Assembly (NCBI GenBank): GCA_963836075.1
Contig: CAWIIB010000008.1
Coordinates: forward strand, 170,093 to 234,092
From: an uncultured Acidobacteriota bacterium
GTDB lineage: Bacteria; Acidobacteriota; JAQAZP01
DNA length: 64,000 bases
Direction of reading: 5' to 3'
A program made the position numbers and the translations under genes. Every line of letters starts with the position of its first letter. Positions within the stretch are counted from its first letter, which is position 1. Below the pieces are notes generated by a model. That model was given only the letters and a program-made list of their open reading frames with translations. It was not told where the DNA came from and ran no database searches. Of this stretch, positions 11,246 to 20,924 are shown one piece after another.

Positions 11246-12828
11246 GCGGCAGGACCATCGACCGCATGCTCTTCATCCGGACCTCCAGGGCCGACCTGTT
11301 GAGCATTGTGCCGCCCCTGGGTCTGCTCTACCTGGTGGGCGCCCTGCGCCGTGACCTCCTTCCTCCACCATCGGCGGTGCGGGTGGTGGACTACGCGCTC
11401 CTCGGTTTGAACCCCCGCCGGCTGTCAGAGCTGCTCGAGGAGTTTGCTCCGGACCTGGTGGGGCTGTCGGGGCTCACCGTGGAGGCCGACCTGATGGTCC
11501 AGGTGGCTCGCCTGGCCCGGGGGGGTGACAACCGCCCGTTGGTGGTGGCCGGCGGTCCGCACCCCACATCCGACCCGGGTCACCTGCTGGCCCGGGGCCT
11601 GGTGGACTTCGTGGTCCGGGGTGAGGGGGAACAGACATTGCCGGAACTGGTGGCCTGTCTGCGCGGCGGCGGCGATCCCCGGACGGTTCCCGGGCTGGCC
11701 CTGCCGGGGGATGGGGGAACGCCGGAGTTCACCGCGCCGCGGCCGCTGCTGGGCAACCTGGACCAGTTGCCGCCACCGGCCTGGGACACCATCCGCATGG
11801 CCGACTACTCCGCCCGGCCGGTCTACACCATGAGCCAGTCGCTGAAGTCTCCTCCGGCGGCGGTGATCATGACCTCCCGCGGCTGCCCGTTCGGCTGCGT
11901 CTACTGTCACAAATTTTTTGGCCGCAAGGTCCGGGCTCGTTCGCCGGAGCACGTGCTGGACGAGATGGAACTGCTCTACCAGCAGCACGGCGCCCGGGAA
12001 TTTCACCTTCTCGACGATTTCTTCAACTTCGATCTGGAGCGCGTGCGCGCCATCTGCCGGATGATCACCGAGCGGGGCCTGCAGGTCAGCCTCGCTTTTC
12101 CCAACGGCATCCGGGGCGACCACCTGGACGAGGAGACGTTGCGGGCGATGAAGCGGGCCGGCACCTACAAGATCTACGTGGCGGTGGAGTCCGGTTCGGA
12201 GCGTGTGCAGAAGTACATCGGCAAGCGGATGAAACTCGACCTGCTGCAGCGCAACATCACCCTGGCCTCCCGGTTGGGGATCATCGTCTCCGCCTTTTTC
12301 ATGATCGGCTTTCCCACCGAGACCAGGGAGGAGATGCAGGAGACAATCCGCTTCGCGGCGGCTTCGCGGCTCAACGGGGCGAACTTTTTCAAGGTCGTCC
12401 CCTTTCCCGGAACGAAACTGGCCGAGATGTGGGCCGAGACTTACCAGACCCCGGCCATTGCCGGGCCGCAGTCCGTGGAACAGGGGGACGGCGGCGAGGG
12501 CTACAAGGACTTTTGCTTCATGTCGCGCAGCCTGCCCGCTCCCCCGGAGAGAATGATGCTGGTGGACGCGATGCAGGCCTGGGCCTATTGCCGTTTTTTC
12601 GGCAACCCGCTCCGCTCCGCCCGCTACGTCCTCAGGCATCCGAACCGGGGACTGTCCCTGAACAATCTCTGGTCGATGTTCCGCAACGTGACCACCTACT
12701 ACCGGGACCGTTGGTTTCGCCCGGAACTGATGCGGGAAAATTACTTTGGCGGGGAGGACCAGCCCGCCGCCGGCGAGTGGAGCCACCATGCGTCGTGCCG
12801 GAGCAGCCGGAGAATCGAGGGGCCGTGA
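11242..12828 (+). CDS. B12-binding radical SAM protein
   Basis: PPLGLLYL, GGPHPT, GEGE, TSRGCPFGCVYC (CxxxCxxC), DDFFN, FMIGFPTET; ATGA overlap with the previous stop. Confidence 0.92.
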   Translation: MSGRTIDRMLFIRTSRADLLSIVPPLGLLYLVGALRRDLLPPPSAVRVVDYALLGLNPRRLSELLEEFAPDLVGLSGLTVEADLMVQVARLARGGDNRPLVVAGGPHPTSDPGHLLARGLVDFVVRGEGEQTLPELVACLRGGGDPRTVPGLALPGDGGTPEFTAPRPLLGNLDQLPPPAWDTIRMADYSARPVYTMSQSLKSPPAAVIMTSRGCPFGCVYCHKFFGRKVRARSPEHVLDEMELLYQQHGAREFHLLDDFFNFDLERVRAICRMITERGLQVSLAFPNGIRGDHLDEETLRAMKRAGTYKIYVAVESGSERVQKYIGKRMKLDLLQRNITLASRLGIIVSAFFMIGFPTETREEMQETIRFAAASRLNGANFFKVVPFPGTKLAEMWAETYQTPAIAGPQSVEQGDGGEGYKDFCFMSRSLPAPPERMMLVDAMQAWAYCRFFGNPLRSARYVLRHPNRGLSLNNLWSMFRNVTTYYRDRWFRPELMRENYFGGEDQPAAGEWSHHASCRSSRRIEGP

Positions 12829-13985
12829 AGAATAAACTGAAGCTGGTGCTGATGATCCGGCAGATGATCGTCGGCGGGGCCGAGTCCCAGATGGTCAGCC
12901 TGATCAAGACCCTGGACCGCTCCCGCTACGATATCCACCTCTGCCTCTTCACCAACAACTGCGTACAGCGGGAGCTCATTGAGGCCGAAGGGGTTCCGAT
13001 CACGGTGATCCCCAAACGGGTCAAGTTCGATTTCCTCCACCTCTTCCGGCTCACCACCTGGCTGGCCAGGCTGCGTCCCGATATCGTCCACACCTGGATC
13101 ACCGAGGCCAACTCCGTGGGGTCCGTGGCCGCCCTGCTCTGCCGGGTCCCGGTGCGCATCGGCTACGTGCTCAATGTCAATTTCTGGAAGACACGGCCCC
13201 GCCTGTTTTACGACCGTTTCGCCATGGGCAGCTGTCACTGTTTGGCCACCAACTCGCTGCGGATCAACCGCTTCCTCATCGAACGGATGGGGATCTCTCC
13301 CGGGAAGCTGAGGCTGCTCTACAACGGGGTCGACCCCCGGCGGAACGGCCTGGAGGGCGACCGGCGGGAGGAGGCCCGGGTGGCTGTCCGCAAGGAGTAC
13401 GGTATCCCGCTGGAGAACCGGGTCTTCGTCACCGTGGCCGGGATGCGGCGCTTCAAGAACCACCTGCGATACCTGGAGTGGATCGCGATGATGCCGGAGA
13501 ATCGTCGCTACACCTATTTCTTTGTCGGGGAGGGTGAACTGTTCGAGGCGGTGAAGGAGAAAAGGGACCGCTTGGGGCTGGCCGCTTCGGTGGTCATGGC
13601 CGGTGTGCGCTTCGACATTCCACGGGTGCTGGCCGCCTCGGACATCATGGTCATGCCGTCGATCATCGAGGGTCTGCCCAACGCGATCCTCGAGGGTATG
13701 GCCGCCGGCCTGCCGGTGGTGGCCACCGATGTGGGCGGCATTCCGGAGGCCGTTGACCATGGCCGTACCGGGTTCGTGGTCCCGCCGGAGGACGGCGAGG
13801 CGCTGGTGCGGGCCATGACCCGGCTGGGGGAGGACCCCGGTCTCTGCCGCGAGATGGGGAACGCCGGCCGGGCCGGAATCACCGGGGAGTTCACCCACCT
13901 GGGGATGGGGTCGGGTTTCTCGATGCTCTACGAGGAGTGGCACGCCAGGTGTTCAGGACAGCAGCCGGGAAAGAGAGCGGAATGA
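12825..13985 (+). CDS. GT4 family glycosyltransferase
   Basis: GGAE, PDIVHT, YNGVD, EGLPNAILEGMAAGLPVVATDVGG; GTGA overlap with the previous stop. Confidence 0.92.
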   Translation: MKNKLKLVLMIRQMIVGGAESQMVSLIKTLDRSRYDIHLCLFTNNCVQRELIEAEGVPITVIPKRVKFDFLHLFRLTTWLARLRPDIVHTWITEANSVGSVAALLCRVPVRIGYVLNVNFWKTRPRLFYDRFAMGSCHCLATNSLRINRFLIERMGISPGKLRLLYNGVDPRRNGLEGDRREEARVAVRKEYGIPLENRVFVTVAGMRRFKNHLRYLEWIAMMPENRRYTYFFVGEGELFEAVKEKRDRLGLAASVVMAGVRFDIPRVLAASDIMVMPSIIEGLPNAILEGMAAGLPVVATDVGGIPEAVDHGRTGFVVPPEDGEALVRAMTRLGEDPGLCREMGNAGRAGITGEFTHLGMGSGFSMLYEEWHARCSGQQPGKRAE

Positions 13986-15565
13986 CGCAACAGGATTCGA
14001 ACATGGAACCTGCGCGGCACACGATCCTGCTCATCAGGAGCTCGGACGCCCGGCTGGGCACCATGAGCCCTCCCCTGGGCCTGCTCTACCTGGCATCCGC
14101 CATCCGTCACTGGTGCGTTCGGCCGTGGGACATTCGGTTCGTCGATCTGGGGTTTCACGGACGGGCCTGGCGGCCTGCCCTGACCCAGCTGCTGGACCAG
14201 GCCCGCCCCTCGGTGGTGGGCCTCTCCGCACTGACCTGCGAAGCGGGCCTGGCCCACCAGCTGTTGCGTTTCCTCCACCAGGGGGCGGACAGCGGGGCCG
14301 TCCGCCCCCTGACCCTTCTCGGCGGCCCCTACGCCACTTCCTCGCCAGGGCTGGCCCTGAAAGACGGCGCCGGTGCTCTGGACGGCCTGCTGGTGGGGGA
14401 GGGCGAACTGGCCCTGCCCGCACTGCTGGACCGGCTGACTGCCGCCGGAAACGGGGCGGAGGACTGGCGACGGAACCTGCCCCACCTGCTGGCCGGGGAG
14501 GCCGGGTGGTACGGGGCGCATTCCGTGCCGCTGGAGGACGGTTCCGGTGGCGCCGTTCAACGGGCCCCGCGGGTGGAGGAACTGGACACGCTCCCGCTGC
14601 CGGCCTGGGACCTGCTCCCCTCCCTGGACCGCTACGCCGGGCTCCCCAACTGGAACGGGATGCTGAAGGGGCGTCCCTACATGTCGGTGATGACCTCCCG
14701 CGGCTGCCCGTACGGCTGCAGCTACTGTCACAGTTTTTTTGGCCGCCGGGTCCGTCTGCGCTCGGCGGAGAACGTGGTGCGGGAGATCGACGAACTGCAA
14801 CGCACCTGCGGCGTTCGTGAGATCCACATCATCGACGACATCTTCAACGTGGACCAGGGGCGGGCCGGGGAGATCTGCGATGGCCTCATCGCGCTGGAAC
14901 CACGGCTGCACATCGCCTTCCCCAACGGCATCCGCGGGGACCTGCTGGACCAGGACCTGCTGGAGAAACTGGCCCGGGCCGGGGCGTACAAGATCAACTT
15001 CGGCGTGGAGACCGCTTCACCCCGGCTGCAGAAGGAAATCGGGAAACGGCTGGACCTGGGCAAGCTGGTGGAGGCCATACGTCAGACCCGCCGGCTGGGG
15101 ATGATTCCCTTCGGGTTTTTCATGCTCGGGTTCCCCGGCGAGACCAGGGAGGAGATGAAACAGACCATCCGGTTCGCCACGGGTTCCGACCTGCTCACCG
15201 CCAAGTTCTTTCAGGTGATACCCTATCCCGGCACCGAGCTTGGCCGGCAGTGGCAGCGCCGGCAGCAGGACCAGTTCGTCACTCCGGGAATGGAGCAGTA
15301 TCACTTTTTTTCCCAGCGCGTCACCTGCTCGGACCTGGACCCGCGGGAGGTGAACGACCTGGTGGCCGAGGCCTACCTCCGTTTTTTCAGCCGGCCGGGG
15401 AGAGTGATCGGCCTCCTGTGGCGCCACCCCCGGTTCACTGCTGCGGTCCGGGGGCTCTGGCGCCTGCACAGTTCGCTGCTGCGATACCGGGTGCAGCGCT
15501 GGATGGGGAAGACAGGGGAGAGCATCGCGGAGGGATCGGACCATTCACCGGGGGCGCTATCGTGA
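13982..15565 (+). CDS. B12-binding radical SAM protein (paralog of 11242..12828)
   Basis: PPLGLLYLA, GGPYAT, TSRGCPYGCSYC, FPNGIRGD, FMLGFPGET; ATGA overlap. Confidence 0.92.
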   Translation: MTQQDSNMEPARHTILLIRSSDARLGTMSPPLGLLYLASAIRHWCVRPWDIRFVDLGFHGRAWRPALTQLLDQARPSVVGLSALTCEAGLAHQLLRFLHQGADSGAVRPLTLLGGPYATSSPGLALKDGAGALDGLLVGEGELALPALLDRLTAAGNGAEDWRRNLPHLLAGEAGWYGAHSVPLEDGSGGAVQRAPRVEELDTLPLPAWDLLPSLDRYAGLPNWNGMLKGRPYMSVMTSRGCPYGCSYCHSFFGRRVRLRSAENVVREIDELQRTCGVREIHIIDDIFNVDQGRAGEICDGLIALEPRLHIAFPNGIRGDLLDQDLLEKLARAGAYKINFGVETASPRLQKEIGKRLDLGKLVEAIRQTRRLGMIPFGFFMLGFPGETREEMKQTIRFATGSDLLTAKFFQVIPYPGTELGRQWQRRQQDQFVTPGMEQYHFFSQRVTCSDLDPREVNDLVAEAYLRFFSRPGRVIGLLWRHPRFTAAVRGLWRLHSSLLRYRVQRWMGKTGESIAEGSDHSPGALS

Positions 15566-15615
15566 CAAAGGGCTGAAGCCCGTGCGTGAAGCGGGCCAGG
15601 AGGAGGAACAAGCTG

Positions 15616-17319
15616 TTGGCCAAAGTTCTCGGCATCTCATGCTACTATCACGACTCCGCGGCAGCCTATCTGGAGGATGGAGTTATCGTTGCCGCGGCCG
15701 AGGAAGAACGATTCACGCGACGCAAGCACGATACCGCTTTTCCGTTCCACGCCATCAACTACTGTCTCGGCCAGGCCGGCGCCGTTCTGGACGAGGTGGA
15801 CGCGGTGGCTTTTTACGAAAAGCCGCTGGCCCGCTTCCAGCGGACCCTGCTGACCCACGCCCGGCAGTTCCCGCGGAGCCTGCCCGCCTTCATCAAGACC
15901 ATCCCCGACTGGCTGGGCCGCCGGCTGCTGGTGCCCCACCTGGTCCGGCGCCATTTATCCTATGACGGCCCGCTGCTCTTCGTGGATCACCACCTGGCCC
16001 ACGCGGGAAGCGCGGCCCTGCTCTCGCCCTTCCGCCGGCCGGCCTACCTCACCGTGGACGGCACCGGCGAGTGGACCACCGCCAGTATCGGCCGCTGCAC
16101 CGACGGTCTGCTGGAACCACTGGCCCAGGTGCCCTACCCCCACTCGTTGGGAATGCTCTATTCCACCATCACCGCCTGGCTCGGGTTCCCGGTGAACGAG
16201 GGGGAAGGGCGGGTGATGGGGCTGGCCGCCTACGGCGAGCCGGAATTGATGTCCAGCTTCGAGAAACTGGTTCACTTCGAGGAGCACGGGGCCTTCCGTC
16301 TCGACATGTCCTACTTCTCCTTTCCCCGCAGCACGCGCCGGATGTTCAGCCAAAAACTGGCGGCGCTCCTCGGGCCGCCGAGGCAGCCGGAGGAGCCGCT
16401 GGAGGACCGCCACCGGGCCGTGGCCGCCACCCTGCAGGCCGTGGTGGAAAAGGGGCTGCTCCGCCTGGCCGGTGAGGCGCACCGGCGGGTGCCCGGAGCC
16501 GACGGGCTGGCGTTGGCCGGGGGCGTGATGCTCAACTGCGTGGCCAACGGCCGGATTCTGCGCGAAGGCCCCTTCGACCAGCTCTTTATCCAGCCGGCGG
16601 CCGGGGACTCCGGCGCGGCCCTGGGCGCTGCCGCGGTGGCCCACCGGTCGCTCTTTCCCCGCATACAGCTGCAGCCCATGGAGACGGCGCTCCTCGGCCC
16701 GGACTACAGCAACCGGGAGATCGAGGGGTTTCTGCGGGCCCGGGAGATCCCCATGGAGCAGCTGGAGGAGGAGCTGCTGCTGGAAAGAGTGGCCCGGATG
16801 CTGTCTGAAAACCGGATCGTCGGCTGGTTTCAGGGGAGGATGGAGTTCGGGCCCCGGGCCCTTGGCGCCCGCTCGATCCTGGCCAGTCCCGCCGACCCCG
16901 GCATGAAGGACCGGATCAACAGCAAAGTCAAGGGCCGGGAACCATTCCGCCCCTTTGCCCCCAGTGTGCTGGAAGAGCAGTGCAGCCAGTGGTTCGACCT
17001 GGAGGTTCCCAGCCCGTACATGGTACTGGCCGCGCCGGTGCGGGAAGAGGCGCGGGACAACATACCGGCGGTGGTTCACCAGGACGGCACGGCCCGGATC
17101 CAGACCGTTTCTCCATCGGTGAACCGGCTCTACCATCAGCTGATTTCGGTCTTCGGCCAACGCACCGGGCTGCCCCTGCTGCTCAACACCTCGTTCAATC
17201 TCAAGGGGGAGCCCATTGTCTGCAACCCGGTGCAGGCTTACGACTGCTTCAAAAGGTCCGGCATGGACGCCCTGGTGCTGGGGGACTGCCTGGTGCAACA
17301 GAGTAGGGGGGAGAGCTGA
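15616..17319 (+). CDS. O-carbamoyltransferase (NodU/CmcH/SxtI family)
   Basis: LGISCYYHDSAAA, EEERFTRRKHD, HHLAHA, SLGMLYS, EGRVMGLAAYG, GGVMLNC, MEFGPRALGARS, REPFRPFAP, LNTSFN; TTG start after AGGAGG (ORF-track start 15586). Confidence 0.95.
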   Translation: MAKVLGISCYYHDSAAAYLEDGVIVAAAEEERFTRRKHDTAFPFHAINYCLGQAGAVLDEVDAVAFYEKPLARFQRTLLTHARQFPRSLPAFIKTIPDWLGRRLLVPHLVRRHLSYDGPLLFVDHHLAHAGSAALLSPFRRPAYLTVDGTGEWTTASIGRCTDGLLEPLAQVPYPHSLGMLYSTITAWLGFPVNEGEGRVMGLAAYGEPELMSSFEKLVHFEEHGAFRLDMSYFSFPRSTRRMFSQKLAALLGPPRQPEEPLEDRHRAVAATLQAVVEKGLLRLAGEAHRRVPGADGLALAGGVMLNCVANGRILREGPFDQLFIQPAAGDSGAALGAAAVAHRSLFPRIQLQPMETALLGPDYSNREIEGFLRAREIPMEQLEEELLLERVARMLSENRIVGWFQGRMEFGPRALGARSILASPADPGMKDRINSKVKGREPFRPFAPSVLEEQCSQWFDLEVPSPYMVLAAPVREEARDNIPAVVHQDGTARIQTVSPSVNRLYHQLISVFGQRTGLPLLLNTSFNLKGEPIVCNPVQAYDCFKRSGMDALVLGDCLVQQSRGES

Positions 17320-17322
17320 GCG

Positions 17323-18369
17323 ATGAACCCCCTGCCGATCATCGCCCTCCTCGGTGCCGTCGTCCTGGTGCTGGCCCTGGCCGAACTGCTGGTCCGGCTC
17401 TTCGTGCACTGGAAGCCCAGGGGGATCGACCCCTGGACCTACCGTCTGGCCGAGCCACCCGAGCTCGGTTTCGAATTCACACCCGAGAACACCTTCTGTC
17501 ACCACTACCGGCCGCCCCGGGTCCAGGGCGGGCCCTGGAAACAGTGTTACCAGATCAATGCTCTTGGTATTCGGGATCGCCTCTATCCGCCCCGTCCCCC
17601 GGACAATACGGTGCGCATCGTCTGTGTGGGCGATTCCTGCACCTTTGGCGAGGGTGTGGAGGAGCACCAGTCCTGGCCCCGGCAGCTGGAGACGATGCTG
17701 CGCTCCGACCCGGGAGAAGCCGGGCCGGCCGTGGAAGTGATCAACTGCGGAGTGGCCGGCTACGACCTGGAAAAGAAACTGGCCCACTACCGTAAAAAAT
17801 GCCTGGGCCTGCACCCGCATATCGCCATTTTGGGGTATACACTCAACGACCCGCAACGGCTGCTGGCGCCGTTGATCAATGGTGACGGGATGCTCAGCTC
17901 AGGCAGCGTCCCGCCATGGTCGGGTTTCCGGCAACTGGTGAAGACGCGGAGCGCGCTGGCCAACTGGGCGGCCCACCGCTGGAGCGAGCTGTTCGGCGCC
18001 CAGCGGCTGCTGCCCACCTATGGTTCCCGGTCACCGGACTGGATCCGCAGCCGGGCGCAGCTGAAGGAATTCAGCATCCTTTCCCTGGAGCAGGGCATCC
18101 GGCCGCTGGTGGCCATTCTGCCTGCCCCCTTCCGTCTTCACCGGGGGCACCCCTACCTCCCGATCTACCGGATTATGGAATCGTTCCTGGATGAGGAGGG
18201 CATAGCCTGGGCCAATCTCTTCCCCTCCATCGAGGGGCAGAAGAAACGGGAGATGATCGTCTGCAGCTGCGATTTCCACTCCAGCGCCCGTTGTTATGAA
18301 CTGTTTGCCGCGGGGCTCCACCGGGAACTGACCGGCCGGTCCCCGTTCCGTGACCTGCTGCGTGTATGA
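17323..18369 (+). CDS. Membrane-anchored SGNH/GDSL hydrolase (SxtL-like)
   Basis: N-terminal TM; INALGIRD; GDSCTFGEG block I; INCGVAGY; LND; DFH. Confidence 0.88.
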   Translation: MNPLPIIALLGAVVLVLALAELLVRLFVHWKPRGIDPWTYRLAEPPELGFEFTPENTFCHHYRPPRVQGGPWKQCYQINALGIRDRLYPPRPPDNTVRIVCVGDSCTFGEGVEEHQSWPRQLETMLRSDPGEAGPAVEVINCGVAGYDLEKKLAHYRKKCLGLHPHIAILGYTLNDPQRLLAPLINGDGMLSSGSVPPWSGFRQLVKTRSALANWAAHRWSELFGAQRLLPTYGSRSPDWIRSRAQLKEFSILSLEQGIRPLVAILPAPFRLHRGHPYLPIYRIMESFLDEEGIAWANLFPSIEGQKKREMIVCSCDFHSSARCYELFAAGLHRELTGRSPFRDLLRV

Positions 18370-19426
18370 GACTGTTCGGACGAGGACCTGGGCCGTGCGG
18401 AACACCCTGAAAAGAACACGGAAAGTCCTGCGGGCCGTGGAACGGCTGGGCCCGGCCGGTGAAGCGCTGGCCCGGAAGCTGTTTCATGCCATGGTCACCC
18501 TGGGCACTGCGCGACAGATCCGCTCCGGCATCCTGCGCACCAGGTCGTCCTTCATCGCCATCACCACCCAGGTGGGGTGCCGGTGTGCCTGCGAGTTCTG
18601 TCCCCAGGACCTGTTGGTCAAGGCCTACGCCCGTCGGACAGCGCAGGAACAGCCCGCTGTCTCCGGGGTGGAGATTGACCGGCAGTGCATGACCCTGGAG
18701 AGCTTCCACTGGTTTATGGAGCGGATCCCGCCGGAGGTGGCGATCAACTTTGCCGGGTTCTCGGAGCCCTGGTTGACGCCGCACTGCCCGGAGATGATCC
18801 TGGCGGCCCATGAACGGGGGCACCGCCTGCGGCTGTTCACCACCCTGGTGGGGATGAGCCCGGCCCAGCTGGCCCGGCTGTCCCGCATCCCCTTTCTGAA
18901 CTTCCGGGTTCACGTCCCGGGCAGCGGGAACGGCAGTCCTATTCGTGTCGATGACCAGGTGCTGGAGACCCTGCGGGCCATCGTGGACCAGGGGGTTTCC
19001 AACCTGATGTACCACCATCACGGGGATCAGCCGCACCCGGCCTTTGTGGAGCGTCTGGGCCGGTTCCAGATCAACCATGAGGTCTCGCACTACCGTGCCG
19101 GTAACCTGGACCAGCCCGGACTGGCCCGGGTGGAACGGCGGCACCGCGGACCCATCCGCTGCGGCCACGACCCCCGGTTCCCGGAACTGGACCACAACAT
19201 CCTGCTGCCCAATGGCGACCTGGCGCTCTGCTGCATGGACTGGGGCCTGGACCACGTCATCGGCAACCTGGCCCGGACAGACCTGGAGACGATCTACCGC
19301 TCGGAACCGTACCTGACCCTGAAGCGGGGTCTGGACGACGACTCCCTCGACTCGCTCTGCCGCTACTGCACCCTCGCCGTGCCCCAGGATTCCGCATCGG
19401 GGCCGGCCGGCCCGGGGAGGAGGTGA
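18362..19426 (+). CDS. Radical SAM protein with SPASM/twitch domain
   Basis: GCRCACEFC motif; GFSEP; C-terminal ILLPNGDLALCC.D...IGNL...CRYC. Confidence 0.88.
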   Translation: MYETVRTRTWAVRNTLKRTRKVLRAVERLGPAGEALARKLFHAMVTLGTARQIRSGILRTRSSFIAITTQVGCRCACEFCPQDLLVKAYARRTAQEQPAVSGVEIDRQCMTLESFHWFMERIPPEVAINFAGFSEPWLTPHCPEMILAAHERGHRLRLFTTLVGMSPAQLARLSRIPFLNFRVHVPGSGNGSPIRVDDQVLETLRAIVDQGVSNLMYHHHGDQPHPAFVERLGRFQINHEVSHYRAGNLDQPGLARVERRHRGPIRCGHDPRFPELDHNILLPNGDLALCCMDWGLDHVIGNLARTDLETIYRSEPYLTLKRGLDDDSLDSLCRYCTLAVPQDSASGPAGPGRR

Positions 19427-19430
19427 GGCC

Positions 19431-20663
19431 ATGGGCCGGGCAAAACGGAAAGCACTCTTCCTGCTGCTCCGCGAGTTCCCGCCGCGGTTCCACGGCGGCG
19501 CCCCGATCATCATCTACGAACTCTTCCTGCGGCTGAAGCAGCTGCCCCTGATCATCAGCACCTCCCGCGCCGACGACCCCGACGGCCGGGAGCTGTTCGA
19601 GGATGCCGAGATCCACCGCCATCCCTATCTGCCCACCATGGTGGATCCCGACTATGGCGGCTGGCCCCAGCCGTTCCGTTTCGCCCTGCGCTACCTCGCC
19701 TACCTTCGCTGGAACCTGGCTGTTCTGCGCATCGGCATGCGCCGGCCCATCGGCTGTGTCTTTCTCGCCCGCTACGACTATGCCTACCCGGCGGCCGTGC
19801 TGCTCAGCCGCCTGAAGCGGGTGCCGCTGATCTCCCTGTTTTACGGGGAGGAGTGGTCGATGGTCAGTTGCCGGGCCACGGCGGACTGGAAACTGCACAG
19901 CCTGTTTTTCCCTTCTTTTGTCCGCTCGGTGGACCTGCTGCTGCTGGCCAGCGAGAGCGCCAGGCAGGATCTTGTCCAGGCCGGTTTGCTGGACGGTGGC
20001 CTGGTGCTGCCGCCCGGTGTGGACACCGAGCGGCTGCGGCCGCCGGAGGACAAGGACCGGCTGCGCAGGAAGCACGCCCCGGGTGCCGACCTGCTGCTGC
20101 TCTCTCTGGCCCGCCTGACGGAGCGCAAGGGGCAGGACCGGGTGATCGAGGCCTTTGCGGCGCTGCACGAGAAATATCCCGGCGCGCGGCTGGTCATCGC
20201 CGGCTCCGGGCCCACCGGGGAGCGCCTGGAGCAGCTGGCCCGCGATCTGGGCCTGGAACAGAAGGTCCGCTTCACCGGTGAACTGCCCTACACCAGCCGG
20301 GAGCGGGTGGAGCTGTTCCAGGCGGCGGACATCTTCCTCATGCCCAACCGCAGATCCCCGCTGAACGATCTCGAGGGGTTCGGGATCGTATTTCTCGAGG
20401 CCAATGCCTGCGGCGTACCGGTGATCGGGGGTAATGACGGCGGGGTGCCCGAGGCCATCGCTCACGGCCGGAGCGGTTTTGTGGTGGATGCCCGGACCCC
20501 GGGCCCGGTGACCGACGTGCTCGACCGGCTGATGGGCGATGCCGTTCTGCGTGAGCGACTCGGCGCGCAGGGCCGGCAACGGGTGGTGGACGACTTTTCC
20601 TGGGAGCGGATGGCCGAGCGGTTCGAAGCGGCCCTGGACGGCTTGACCGGGGAGGGACGGTGA
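19431..20663 (+). CDS. GT4 family glycosyltransferase (PimB-like)
   Basis: EFPP..GG, PPGVD, ARLTERKGQD, EGFGIVFLEANACGVPVI, FSW. Confidence 0.92.
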   Translation: MGRAKRKALFLLLREFPPRFHGGAPIIIYELFLRLKQLPLIISTSRADDPDGRELFEDAEIHRHPYLPTMVDPDYGGWPQPFRFALRYLAYLRWNLAVLRIGMRRPIGCVFLARYDYAYPAAVLLSRLKRVPLISLFYGEEWSMVSCRATADWKLHSLFFPSFVRSVDLLLLASESARQDLVQAGLLDGGLVLPPGVDTERLRPPEDKDRLRRKHAPGADLLLLSLARLTERKGQDRVIEAFAALHEKYPGARLVIAGSGPTGERLEQLARDLGLEQKVRFTGELPYTSRERVELFQAADIFLMPNRRSPLNDLEGFGIVFLEANACGVPVIGGNDGGVPEAIAHGRSGFVVDARTPGPVTDVLDRLMGDAVLRERLGAQGRQRVVDDFSWERMAERFEAALDGLTGEGR

Positions 20664-20682
20664 CGGTCTCCCTGCCCGGCGC

Positions 20683-20907
20683 TCACACCATTTTCTTCAG
20701 CCCGGATTCACTGAGGTCCTGTGCCCCGGCGGGCTGCAGGGTTGATGAAGACTGCCTGCCGCGGGCCAGGGAACGGATCCCCAACACCAGGGCCACCAGC
20801 CCTACCCCGAAGAGGTAGATGAGGAAGAGCAGGACCTGGACCACGGCCCGGCGAACCGTGTTGAATAAGCGGCCCAGCCAGCCAATGAATTTGATCAGCC
20901 ACTGCAT
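20683..20907 (-). CDS. Small membrane protein, SxtJ-like (74 aa)
   Basis: W.KF...LGR..N......LL.LIYL..VG.V pattern with a hydrophobic helix; GGAGG RBS; directly downstream of the radical SAM on the same strand. Confidence 0.6.
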   Translation of the reverse strand: MQWLIKFIGWLGRLFNTVRRAVVQVLLFLIYLFGVGLVALVLGIRSLARGRQSSSTLQPAGAQDLSESGLKKMV

Positions 20908-20924
20908 TGTTGTTCCTCCGCTGC

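Noticed and set aside
15616-20907. Saxitoxin biosynthesis cluster
   Set aside because: Only the I/J/K/L-like accessory module is present; no sxtA, sxtG or other core genes.
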